A stretch of 14,310 nt of DNA from contig NW_021826305.1 in NCBI RefSeq assembly GCF_006345805.1, positions 1 through 14,310 on the forward strand. The letters run 5' to 3'. Below, piece after piece: positions 1-9,090 of this stretch. Origin of the DNA: Octopus sinensis (lineage: Eukaryota). Every line of letters begins with the position of its first letter. The first letter of the stretch is position 1. The position numbers and the translations under genes are program-made. The notes beneath the pieces are model-generated. The model was not told where the DNA came from and ran no database searches. It was given only the letters and a program-made list of their open reading frames with translations.

Positions 1-82
1 TCTTTTAATACTTATTGGATTTTTCTACAAAACCTTATTTTTTGCCTATTTTCATATTTATTAAATTTTTACTGTCTGAAAA

Positions 83-312
83 TTCAATGCTATCCCGAAT
101 AATAGCCCGACATATTTGTTCATGACAAATCGAGCAACGCAATTACACTTATCGAAATTGGGGGCATTTCACAAAATTGTTTCAAGCAGATCGAAGTGGA
201 AACGTTCCACAGATACGACTTGCTGGAAAATGAACTGGGAGCGATCCACCGGGAGAAAGTAAAGATTGTCCCTATCGTTATGATCTGGGACGGAATTGTA
301 ACAAATTACTAA
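83..312 (+). mobile_element. Remnant of restriction-like endonuclease (RLE) domain, R4/Dong-like non-LTR retrotransposon
   Basis: Frame from 106 reads PDIFVHDKSSNAITLIEIGGISQNCFKQIEVETFHRYDLLENELGAIHREKVKIVPIVMIWDGIVTNY* (stop 310-312). Restoring 1 base upstream gives IPNNRPDI. This fits the PD..(D/E)..K RLE pattern; the lysine of EK..KY reads T here. Confidence 0.85.
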
Positions 313-484
313 AATGAAAACTAAATAACTATTAATTATTTTAACGTTTACTTTCGAAAATTCAATTATTTCAATAATCTTGAAATATATGTCTATTTTT
401 GTTTTTCGTTAGTTTCATCATTCTTGACTCAATAAAATTAACCATTTTTAATTGACGTTATATTTTTTTGCATATATTCTATCA

Positions 485-1217
485 CAGCGGTGTCAAACTA
501 ATTTTGCTTTGAGGCCGCATTTTAAAATAATTTCCCTTTTAGGAACGCATTTATAATAATTTTTTATCAGAGAAAGATTATTTTAAAGAAAAACCAAAAA
601 TAAGGAAATCTAAATATGTAATCAGGATCTTTTAATCTTGTTTGGAGCTACTTCGGATGATTAACACCTTTTTCCGATAAAATTTTTGATATGTCAGCTC
701 AATTATTCATGTATTCCCGAAATTAATTAAAGCCGATAAATTTTTATCTCTGGGTCGCGTTCTATAGACAAATGAAAAAAGTTGTTCACAAACATATTGG
801 AGAAATCTTTTTAGAAAAATGCAAATTATCTGGACAAATAATTTTGGCTGTTTTCACGAGACATTGCTTGATGAAGTCAACATCTTATTTATTGCAAGCA
901 TTCTGGTGATTTCATAAATTGCAGTAACTGATGCAGCACTTCGATTGTGATTTTTTGTGAAATGAGCCTGTGAAGAAGTCAAATTATTTCGTATTCATTT
1001 AGCTTTGAAACACGCGTTGGACCTTTGGTTAATAAACAATTTAGTACCTTCTAAATAATCGTGTGATCTATGTTTAGAATGTTAATACCTTTTTAAGTTT
1101 TATTCTTTCGGTATAGCTATTTACTGGTTACAAACAATATATTTTTACATCAATGGTCACAGAAAAATAAGGAAATTTCTATTTTTGAAATATTCTCTTC
1201 TCATTTTTCAAACACAT
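485..1217 (-). mobile_element. Internally deleted hAT transposon remnant (SPIN/GTF2IRD2-like) with one terminal inverted repeat
   Basis: hAT-type end CAGCGGTGTCAAAC starts at 485, preceded by the TA-centred 8-mer TTCTATCA. Minus-strand peptides: NEKRIFQK*KFPYFSVTIDVKIYCL, RY*HSKHRSHDYLEG (BED-finger region), DFIKQCLVKTAKIICPD (828-878), joined almost directly to YVCEQLFS (773-796, catalytic Glu motif) and DISKILSEK. Several stops and frameshifts; the other end was not found. Confidence 0.8.
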
Positions 1218-1274
1218 GATAAAGTCTATCATATCATGAAACCTTTTGTTATTTACGTCAACGTCGCTTTTTAA

Positions 1275-1805
1275 AATTACCGATGGCTGATGAGACTGTG
1301 GACGTCGGAGTACAACCGTCTTGGGTTCGGCAGGGGCAAGAGAAATATTGGCGAGTTTGCATTTTCCGCCGTTTAGATACTAGTCCGATCTTGAGAAAAT
1401 TAAAAGTGATTTTGTTTATGTCCTCCATAAGACCTCTGTGGGTCTACCAATTATCACGTCATCCAAGTACTAGATGTTAACAATGGACGAAAGGTTCTGT
1501 GCAATATGATCAAGAGAGAGGGCAAACAGGAATAGGCACAGTGGGTCACCCTGCTGAATACCGCGTTCGGATATGATAATTTGGTCATGGATCAAAAGGC
1601 AGTTTGGGAAAGAGTACGTCAGCTTTACAATTTGAAATAACTCTGGGCAACGTAACGAAACGATTTCGAGCAGATAGTCCGGACGAACGCAGTTGAAAGC
1701 GTTGCTTACGTCCAGTTTAAAATGAATTTTCAGTATTCGAGCTTTGAATGGACAAGTCGGCAAGTGCCGTGCGCGAGAATTTCGCAGCCACTTTGGGCAT
1801 AAAAT
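1275..1805 (-). mobile_element. Reverse transcriptase core fragment of a CRE-clade-like non-LTR retrotransposon (decayed)
   Basis: SGCEILAHGTCR / KLDVSNAFNCV / SERGIQQGDPLCLFLF / NI*YLDD (YLDD at 1458-1469; TAG replaces the usual Trp) / GL.LNGGKC. These are RT motifs in the correct order, broken by frameshifts. Confidence 0.88.
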
Positions 1806-2555
1806 ATCATGGAAAATCGATCTTTAAAATTTTTCTAATCTTAAAATCGGTTTCTATAAATTGATTTTAATGTAATGAGTTTATTAAAAAAGTCCCGTTT
1901 CATTCAAATTATAAATTTGATCGGCACTCATTTCAAATTTTAAAGTTAATATTTTTTATCCGGAAGTATATTTTAAACTAATCTAAAACGAAAATCATTC
2001 CTCTTATAATTCTTTCTCGAACTAATTTCAGACATTCTGTATTTGAAAAACGGAAAATAAGCCAAATTCAATAAGTTATAACGATTTTAAATAAAAAATT
2101 TTGTTATTTTCTCTTGCTGAGATTTGGGATACAATTTAAAACAATCATTGCGATATTCACATAGCAACACGGACTACTCCGTCTTTGAAAATAGGTGTAT
2201 ACATAAATCGAATCCTGGAACTTCAAAATAAAAGATTATATCGCTGAGCAAAAAATTGATTACTCATTTCCTCAGATTGATGAATCATTGTTTCCAAAAA
2301 ATATAAATTTTACACCTGTTTGGTAAAGTATTTTTAATATTTCTATTTAATTATATTTATAGATTGGAATTTTACTAGAAAATGCTAACGGCCTCCTGCA
2401 AAATCGTAATATCATTAGGAACGTTTTTTAAATAATAATATATGGAGGCTGTCCTTCGAAAACATTGCAGTTGTCCATGACAAGTATATCGAAAGCATTG
2501 GCAAACGTTTTAAAAATGGGAATAATCCCGGCATGATACAATAGACGGCTTGTAA

Positions 2556-2785
2556 TACAGTAAATACCCCCAAATTTGCCATTCTTAAATTTACTGATCT
2601 TTAAATTCGCCTTTTGTTAAAAAATTCTAGTTTTAATGGAAATTCGCTAATCCTGAAATTCGCCACACTTTTCAAAATTTTTAAATAAAAAATTTGATAC
2701 ATTTTTAAAAAGTATGGATCCACGTGGGTTTATTAGTAATCACACTGGACTTATAGTTCAACAAAAAATTGAAATTTTGCACTAG
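2556..2785 (+). mobile_element. Left end of a pogo/Tigger-like element (TA + TIR + subterminal repeats + start of transposase HTH)
   Basis: TA at 2556-2557 followed by CAGTAAATACCCCCAAATTTGCC. AAATTYGC repeats at 2572, 2603, 2640 and 2656. ATG 2714 opens MDPRGFISNHTGLIVQQKIEILH*, resembling the CENP-B/psq-type LT..QK.EI helix. No matching right end was seen. Confidence 0.55.
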
Positions 2786-3307
2786 AACTTTATTCCAGAT
2801 TAAATCTTAATCGAAGACTCTTGTTGTCTCTTTCAAATAGTTTATTTACATTGTCTTATTTTGTATGATCGATATAAATACCTTAAAAATCTCAGACTTG
2901 AGAAGATATATGTAAAAAAGTCAGATTTACTCTGATAAGCTGTTGAAAAAGAACTAGTTCAACCTCAGTCACCAAACTAGATAGAGAACAGCTGGCTATC
3001 TGAGGCTACAGGAAATGACTTACTCAAAATGTAGCGTTCTACTCCTTTTGTTTTCTTATGCCGAGAGGTTCAATGTAACCTGGAAGAACAACTTCCGAAA
3101 AACTAGAATGTGATTTACTTAGACCTCAAGCTTACGTTTGAAGGCAAACCATCATTAACGACATTGCCAGCAGACTTAGCTAAGAAGGCTCTTTTCATCA
3201 ACGACCCTGCATCTTTAATCCAGACGAATTTTGAAATCCTCATTGTCAGTCAGGTTGAACTAAGAAGAAAGGATTTTTTACACCCCTGAGCTGAAAATTA
3301 CTAATTT

Positions 3308-3634
3308 TCAGTAATTTCTAACATTTTTTATCTTAAATATTTCTGACAGAAATTTGTGACAAAATGTATCTTCAGTACGGTTCATTTTTTTAAATATACT
3401 ATTTATCGTCTCTGAGGCACTCCCCGAGCTGCAGTTTTTGCTCTGTCTTTTTCGGACTTTTTGTTCTCCCTTTATCTTGTGTGACTGGCGCAAGTGAAGG
3501 CTCAGATACATACGTGCTTCTGTCTTCACAGTTGCACTGTTACTTACTACTACTGTTAGAACTGAAAATCCTAATTTGTCGAGAAAAATAATGCTCGTAT
3601 TTTTGATTTCAAATTGTAAACGTCGATTTGACAT
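3308..3634 (-). CDS. Unassigned 108-aa ORF, possibly spurious or transposon-derived
   Basis: ATG-initiated ORF in the supplied track with a basic patch (KVRKRQSK); no family motif recognised. Confidence 0.15.
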   Translation of the reverse strand: MSNRRLQFEIKNTSIIFLDKLGFSVLTVVVSNSATVKTEARMYLSLHLRQSHKIKGEQKVRKRQSKNCSSGSASETINSIFKKMNRTEDTFCHKFLSEIFKIKNVRNY

Positions 3635-3703
3635 TTATCTGATATTTGTTAAAAAGGATATTTTATTTTTTTGTCCATACATAGCACTTACTCTAACACA
3701 GAC

Positions 3704-3772
3704 TTTTCCGAAAAACGTTTATTCTTGTTTATATGCAATTTAAAAGATGCTGTTTAGCGCTTCAAAACTAAT
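3704..3772 (+). repeat. Direct repeat A, copy 1 (copy 2 at 5379-5447)
   Basis: Hand alignment gives 62/69 identity; the first 34 nt (TTTTCCGAAAAACGTTTATTCTTGTTTATATGCA) are identical. Confidence 0.95.
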
Positions 3773-3904
3773 ACTCGAATCGTCAACACTACTGCTTGCC
3801 ATTTTGACGCCAAAGTACCGAAAATTCTATAATTAGATCTAAATGTGCTAAATATGAATAATGGTATAAATATACCTAGAGGATCGATATACCTAGAATA
3901 TACC

Positions 3905-4265
3905 GAAATTACTTTTGCTTCATAGAGGTCGACAGTTCGTTTGCAAGCAGGTCGTATTTGTGAAATTTCTCCACTTCAACTTGCTTTAAATTATCTTGTG
4001 AGGTAATCCCCACTTTGATTAAATTTATTCCTTTTTGCTCTTTTCATACACACAAATGTCAGGTTTCAGTTGATAATTGAGATGTGAACTCTGATTTCGA
4101 TATTTTGGATCGACATGTCCTTTTAATTTCCTGCTTCGTCTAATTCCATACATTCGACATAAATGAAGATGGATACACTTAACCATTTCATTTTGTCTTC
4201 GGAAATAATCAGTGTTTAGCATCCTACCACATCACGTGGCTAAATGGTCAACAGTCTGCTTTCTA
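3905..4265 (-). mobile_element. Zinc-knuckle/RLE fragment of an R4/Dong-like non-LTR retrotransposon (decayed)
   Basis: TVDHLAT*CGRMLNTDYFRRQNEMVKCIHLHLCRMYG (4229-4255 onward), KPDI (4055-4066), then after a frameshift INLIKVGITSQDNLKQVEVEKFHKYDLLANEL. Clearly homologous to the fragment at 83-312. Confidence 0.88.
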
Positions 4266-4313
4266 TTTTTCTATGAACCCAGAATGATTTCGCGTATGCA
4301 AAAAAATTCCTAT

Positions 4314-4465
4314 CTTGCAAAGGACGATAATCGTAATAAAGAAATTATTGCTTTTTGCTTATTTCTTGAAATTCCAACTGCATTCAGTCCAAAAATAAAA
4401 CAATCTCCGTTCGTATTTATATTTTAATAAATAGTTCTCAGTTAACTAAATCAACTATTCGTATT
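4314..4465 (-). mobile_element. hAT transposase C-terminal fragment, direct repeat B copy 1
   Basis: 4325-4465 aligns with 5695-5837 with 6 substitutions and 2 single-base indels; it encodes a frameshifted version of FYFWTECSW..EISKKAIISLL. Confidence 0.9.
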
Positions 4466-4610
4466 TTTTGTGGTTAAATTTACAAGTTTTGTCTTATTTT
4501 CAAAAGGATTTTAGACACACAATAAGTAAAAGATATATTATATTTAAAGAAGAAAATTAAAAAGTCGGAAAGAAAGATAAGCTCGATCTGCGGGGATTGC
4601 CAAAGAAAGG

Positions 4611-5365
4611 TTAGGTCCCGACCAAACGGATAGCTTGCGCGTTGCTGCGCATGATTGTAATAGAGATTCTTTGTCTCAGCCAAAAGGATTCGCGTTCGTC
4701 CATATTTCTCCAAACGATAAGGAGGCCGACCGCGGCCAATCCAGGAGATGATGCTAATGAAAGTATTGACGATGGGGACCAAGTGTCTGTGCACGTAGCG
4801 TCCCAGATCAGGCATTTGCGATTTTGGAATAGGAAAGTTGTCATCCTATACGGGCGTATGCCGTCCCCCCTGTCCAGACCGACTGGTTCAAGTACATTCG
4901 GGAAACCGGCAGCATTGAGTGCCCCGTGACGAGACGAGCGGCCTGCGCTCTGGCGGCACGAGAGGAGGTGCAGACCTTTGCATCCACCATACCTCCTCAT
5001 CGACACCGATGGGGCGTGCAGATGTCAAGACCCAGGCAGAGAGCAACTCCAATCCGGAGAGTCGCTTCATCTAAGAATGCCGACGGATAGGCGTCGAGCC
5101 AGGAGCCACTGTGTTTGTGTGTTGCGAAACGCAAGCACGCCAGACGGTTTTGGTCCAGTAGGGGCTGTAGCATGGAAACGGAGTGTGCTGCCCAGATTTC
5201 GTCCCAGTCCCTCTGTCTGCACATCTCAGAGGGGGTTGGCAGTTTGGCGGCGGTCCAGAATTTTTGTAAGTCAGTAAATCCAGAGAAAGTTCATTGAAGG
5301 GGAGTAGAACCTCTCGGACAAAGACGGCTTCTGGAAACTGGGGAAGTGGGCATGTGGCATCAGCA
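4611..5365 (-). mobile_element. C-terminal (zinc motif + RLE) fragment of a CRE-clade-like non-LTR retrotransposon (decayed)
   Basis: RQRDWDEI, HSGSWLDAYPS, LRIGVALCLGLDICTPHRCR*GGMVDA/KGLHLLSCRQSAGRSSRHGALN, LEPVGLDRGDGIRPYRMT (usually GKRPDG), LIWDATCTDT, ESFWLRQRISITIMRSNA. The E..K..KY..ET.G segment is deleted near 4730. Confidence 0.9.
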
Positions 5366-5378
5366 ATAAGTTAATCTT

Positions 5379-5447
5379 TTTTCCGAAAAACGTTTATTCT
5401 TGTTTATATGCAGTTTAAAAAATGATGTTTGGAGATTCAAAACTGAT
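5379..5447 (+). repeat. Direct repeat A, copy 2
   Basis: 62/69 identical to 3704-3772. Confidence 0.95.
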
Positions 5448-5523
5448 TTCTAAAAATTTGAGGCACCATATTTTTTTTATTAATAATATCTTATTTTTGA
5501 CTTTTTTTATTAAGGTAACAAAA

Positions 5524-5837
5524 TTAAATTAATGTGACATATGTAACTGCTTTTGTTAGATTACATAGATCTTTTATATCCAGGGTCAATGTGGATAGTT
5601 GTAATCTTTTGTCCGGAGAAGCTTCGAGCTTATTCCTGTACTTTGTTTTCGTTGAGGAATATAACAAAAAACCAACCTTGCAGAGGTATGTATTCGATAA
5701 TCGTAATAAAGAAATTATTGCTTTTTTGCTTATTTCTTGAAATTTCCAACTGCATTCAGTCCAAAAATAAAACAATTTCAGTTCGTATTTATATTTTAAT
5801 AAATAATTCTCAGTGAATTAAATCAACTGTTCGTATT
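5524..5837 (-). mobile_element. hAT (Buster/ZBED5-like) transposase C-terminal dimerisation region, decayed; includes repeat B copy 2
   Basis: KEYEQLI*FTENYLLK..FYFWTECSWKFQEISKKAIISLLRLSNTYLCKVGF..STKTKYRNKL..LQLSTL, ending KQLHMSH* in a shifted frame. The catalytic Glu of TYLCE reads Lys. Confidence 0.88.
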
Positions 5838-6934
5838 CTTTAATTAAGCAAATGAAAATGATTCGTGGTCACTTGTCTGGGATCAGCCCACTACATCAGG
5901 TGCCTGGTGGAGCAGCAGAAAAATGGCTTGCGGACTCCATACTTTTATTATTTTACTCAGAATATTATACTGAATAAGCTTGAAGTTTCCATCATGCTAT
6001 TTTTATAAAAATAAATAACGTTTACATTTGTCCTATTAATAAGTTGACTGGTTGTCCCTATCCCAGGTAGACTAACTCTTTTTATTTTGTTGATAAAAAT
6101 AATAAATATCGGATATCTTCAATTCTTAGATAAATCGAGATTAATAGTATTCCATGAATTAGTATTAATATCATGTGGAAAGGGAATAAAGACTATTTCA
6201 AGAAAAACATAATGGTCAACTACACCAACAGTGTTCTCCAATTAGAAAAACAAGCCACATAGCATTTTTTATTTTCAAACAAATATTTCTTACTTTTTTG
6301 ATTTTGCTTCATTTCGTAAATAGCTAAGATCTAGGTTATTCATAGTAGTCAATCTTGTTGTTCTAACAAAATATCGTCAGAATCTTATCGATGTTTCAGA
6401 ATCAATAAAAATGAAAGTTATTTTAAAGTGTGTAAAGTATGCAACATTCATCTCTCCTCTTGTCCTTTTATACCCTCAGAACTCCTTACTCATCCATTAA
6501 TCCCTTCATTAAAAGTATCATATATATTTTTAAGAAAATAAAGGATAGCAAGGAAAAGATCATTTACTGACATTTGCGACACCATTTCTAGAGAGTGGTT
6601 CTCTAGTAGAGTCCACATATCATATATATTGTTAGTGGATGAAATTCGGAAAGCTGTTGCAATCCGAGTAGAAACCACTCTAATAATGTTGCCTATCTCA
6701 GCAGACGAGGAACCACGGTCAAATAAATAGGCAGTAATATAAGACCATCATATCGTCGTAGTAAATTATATCATTAATATCAAAAAATAATATAATCATT
6801 GGTCATTTAATGTAACAAATACAAAAGTGGACAAATAGATATACAAAGCATGCACTAAAAATTTTATTCTAATATTTACAAAAAATAAATTTACAAATAA
6901 ATATAAATCATTTTTAATCAATTATCAATTCTCA

Positions 6935-7093
6935 ATGTTTCCCATCTGCTCGAGTGATGATTACTCGAGAATTGGCGGCCGACTCAAAACTGGTGACGAT
7001 CTTGAGGATATTTGTAAATACGCGAGAAACACGGCTAGATGAAAAGGACTGGCTGAGAGAATAGTTAAGAGTACGGCACAAGCGAAACCCTAG
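6935..7093 (+). mobile_element. Probable extreme C-terminus of a LINE ORF (RTE-like), 5'-truncated and decayed
   Basis: MFPICSSDDYSRIGGRLKTGDDLEDICKYARNTAR*KGLAERIVKSTAQAKP*, with TGA at 7040 where Trp is expected. Resembles the LINE terminal pattern L.T..DL..L...A.DR..W..L...I, recalled from memory and not verified by search. Confidence 0.45.
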
Positions 7094-7433
7094 GGACTTA
7101 CTTGCTAATGGCATGCAGAAGTGTTAATAACTAGCTGATTATTGTGACCGGTTGAATACGAGCCGTTAAACGAGCCGTCACTAATTTTTTAATGAAAAAA
7201 ACAATCAATTAATTCTCATCTTTTAAATGATTAGTGATTTTACGTGGAAATTGCCTGTCCATCCGGTCGGCGACTCATCTAAATAGTTAACTTCTCTATT
7301 TTACTTGTTATATTTACTTAAAAAATTTAAGAATTCTAATTTATTCACAAATTTGCATTTTCTTAACGTTTTCATTGTCAATCGGTCAAATTATTAATTC
7401 TCGCAAAAAAAATTCCATACCAAAGACGAGAAT

Positions 7434-7802
7434 TTTCATATTTTTTTTTTTAATCTGTCTCATAACACCAAGTAGTGGCACTATTCAACGTTTTTTTAGC
7501 CGGTAGCACAATACCACTGCTAGCACTGTGCCAACCGGCATTATCGCTAAGCTCGAAAAGACGAGGCGATATGCCATCAAATTGCAAATGGACTCCAGTT
7601 GGACCAACCCATCCCTCAAGTGATGGAAGACGCGACGGAAACGTTGGAAGTGTTCTTGAGAGAGCCTTTTCCTCTCGAATTAAATATTAAAAAAAAAAAA
7701 AAAAAGAGGGAAACACGAAGAAGAGGCATACGTTGTCTCATTAACTTTCTCCCCTTTTTTCGGCTTTTCCGTTAATAAAAATTCATTCATTCATTCATTC
7801 AT
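7434..7802 (+). mobile_element. 369-bp non-coding retroposed insertion (SINE-like or truncated LINE 3' end)
   Basis: Flanked by a perfect 12-bp direct repeat AAAGACGAGAAT (7422-7433 and 7803-7814). Ends in AATAAA (7774-7779) plus (ATTC)5 (7781-7800). Contains internal T11 (7441-7451) and A17 (7689-7705). Confidence 0.7.
7781..7802 (+). repeat. (ATTC)5 microsatellite tail
   Basis: ATTCATTCATTCATTCATTCAT read directly, immediately before the second TSD copy. Confidence 0.97.
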
Positions 7803-9090
7803 AAAGACGAGAATAACGCTATTCCGTAATTTATGTTCATATATAAATAGTGACTAATGCGTATATTATCCTGAATTTATAAATAATGGTCAAACCTCCT
7901 TGGGTATTTTCGGTTGTTAATTTAATATTCAAGACTTTGAAAGACATACAAACTCTTCTCAACAATAATAATTATCGAGTAAAATATTTTGTTAACTATT
8001 TTATTTGAAACACGTGAATATAATTTCATTTCAGGAAGATTTTTGTTTCATTTACTCCACGTGATTTTTTTAGTTATCTGTAAATATTGTCAGTTATTTC
8101 TAGAAACCGAGATCGACGTGATTCTACATGATTTTGTCATTAGCCTATATTCGCTTTTATCTCTATTCTTTTAATAAAATTATATATTTTTAATCAAAAA
8201 ATCTTTTTAATCCTTCTTAATATTTTAAAAACTTGTTAGATTTTTTAAATTTACTGCGTGTGTTAAATGTTAGTGAGCTAAATTGATTTGTCAATATCTT
8301 AATTTTTTTACTTTTTGTGTTTCAATTAAAACAGATTAAAACTAATTAAAAAAACCGCAAATTCTCAATTGGTAAATAAATTATTTGATAATTAATATGC
8401 CAACAACATAGAAAGATATTAAATTTTTTTTTATTTACATAAATTAGTGTTTCTATTTGAGTTTTTAAAATATACTGGGTGTTAAGAAAATCTTTCATAA
8501 AATATCTAATCGAATATTTTCAAACATTATTAAGTCTCAATTAATTAAGAATTAAACAAAGACGTAAAGGTTATTCTATGGTTTATCAAATTTTTTTATT
8601 AGTCAGTTAGTAAGTTAGTTAAGCGTATTTTGAGTAGTTCAAAAACGGTTTCTCTTGAACCATGCATTTTGACCATCATACCTGGCATCTTTGCCCAAGC
8701 CGCTTTGTTTCTGGCCGAAAATGCAAATGCAAAACTTCCTTAACTTCAAAACACCAGCCACACTTATCGATGACGTTTGGAGACTTATTGCGAATAAGCG
8801 AGCATTAATTGTTGCCGCTGTGATAGATAAGGAAGAGCAGGTTATCTAACTAATTAGCTTTTATCTATGATTGTTTATCTTTGAGTTAAAAAACAGTCAT
8901 AGTAGGTATAAAGTTATGCGTTATAGACAGTTATTCTTGTGTGCTAGTTTAACTGCGTTAATGTATGTATGATTTGTTGCAAGAAAATGGAAAAAACCCT
9001 TAAGATAATTAATGGACGATACAATGTGAGATGGCCATTGATGACAGCCAGCTCTTCTAATTATTTCCTAAAAACTATCGCAAGAATGTA

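Noticed and set aside
1287-1294. CTGATGAG hammerhead-ribozyme-like core (also at 11817-11824)
   Set aside because: No stem II followed by GAAA at a suitable distance; both sites lie in transposon coding remnants.
3276-3288. TTTTACACCCCTG as the partner TIR of the hAT end at 485 (11/13 match)
   Set aside because: The flanking 8-mer AGCTGAAA does not match TTCTATCA and is not TA-centred.
2786-3290. Long plus frame with scattered stops including VIYLDLKLTFE (RT-like?)
   Set aside because: No other RT or transposase motif nearby and several stops; cannot be told apart from chance.
3870-3904. ATATACCTAGA direct repeat at the end of the R4-like fragment
   Set aside because: A short local duplication around 6 bp; no evidence that it is a TSD or functional.
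4642-5297. Plus-strand ORFs 4642-4929, 4978-5277 and 5115-5297
   Set aside because: Antisense shadows of the GC-rich CRE-like coding fragment.
6130-6720. Minus-strand peptides VGVVDHYVFLE and the 62-aa ORF 6490-6678 as a LINE RT remnant
   Set aside because: Only one loosely RT-like motif; no KAFD, QG or YADD motifs could be placed in order.
7159-7178. CGAGCCGT twice, resembling the start of group II intron domain V
   Set aside because: No domain V hairpin or AY terminus; more simply part of the 3' UTR of the LINE-like fragment.
7455-7685. SRP RNA, RNase P/MRP, snRNA or tRNA identity for the structured core
   Set aside because: Lacks the SRP helix 8 AGCAG loop, P/MRP conserved regions, snRNA signatures and a cloverleaf; only weak A/B-box-like strings on the minus strand.
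8662-8725. HLCPSRFVSGRK as a THAP-domain CxxHF motif
   Set aside because: Requires an R-to-H change, and the N-terminal Cys pair and Trp are absent.
8815-8827. 13-nt inverted match to 478-490 (TCTATCACAGCGG)
   Set aside because: The match includes the flank in inverted orientation, whereas a TSD must be direct; a match this short is plausible by chance.
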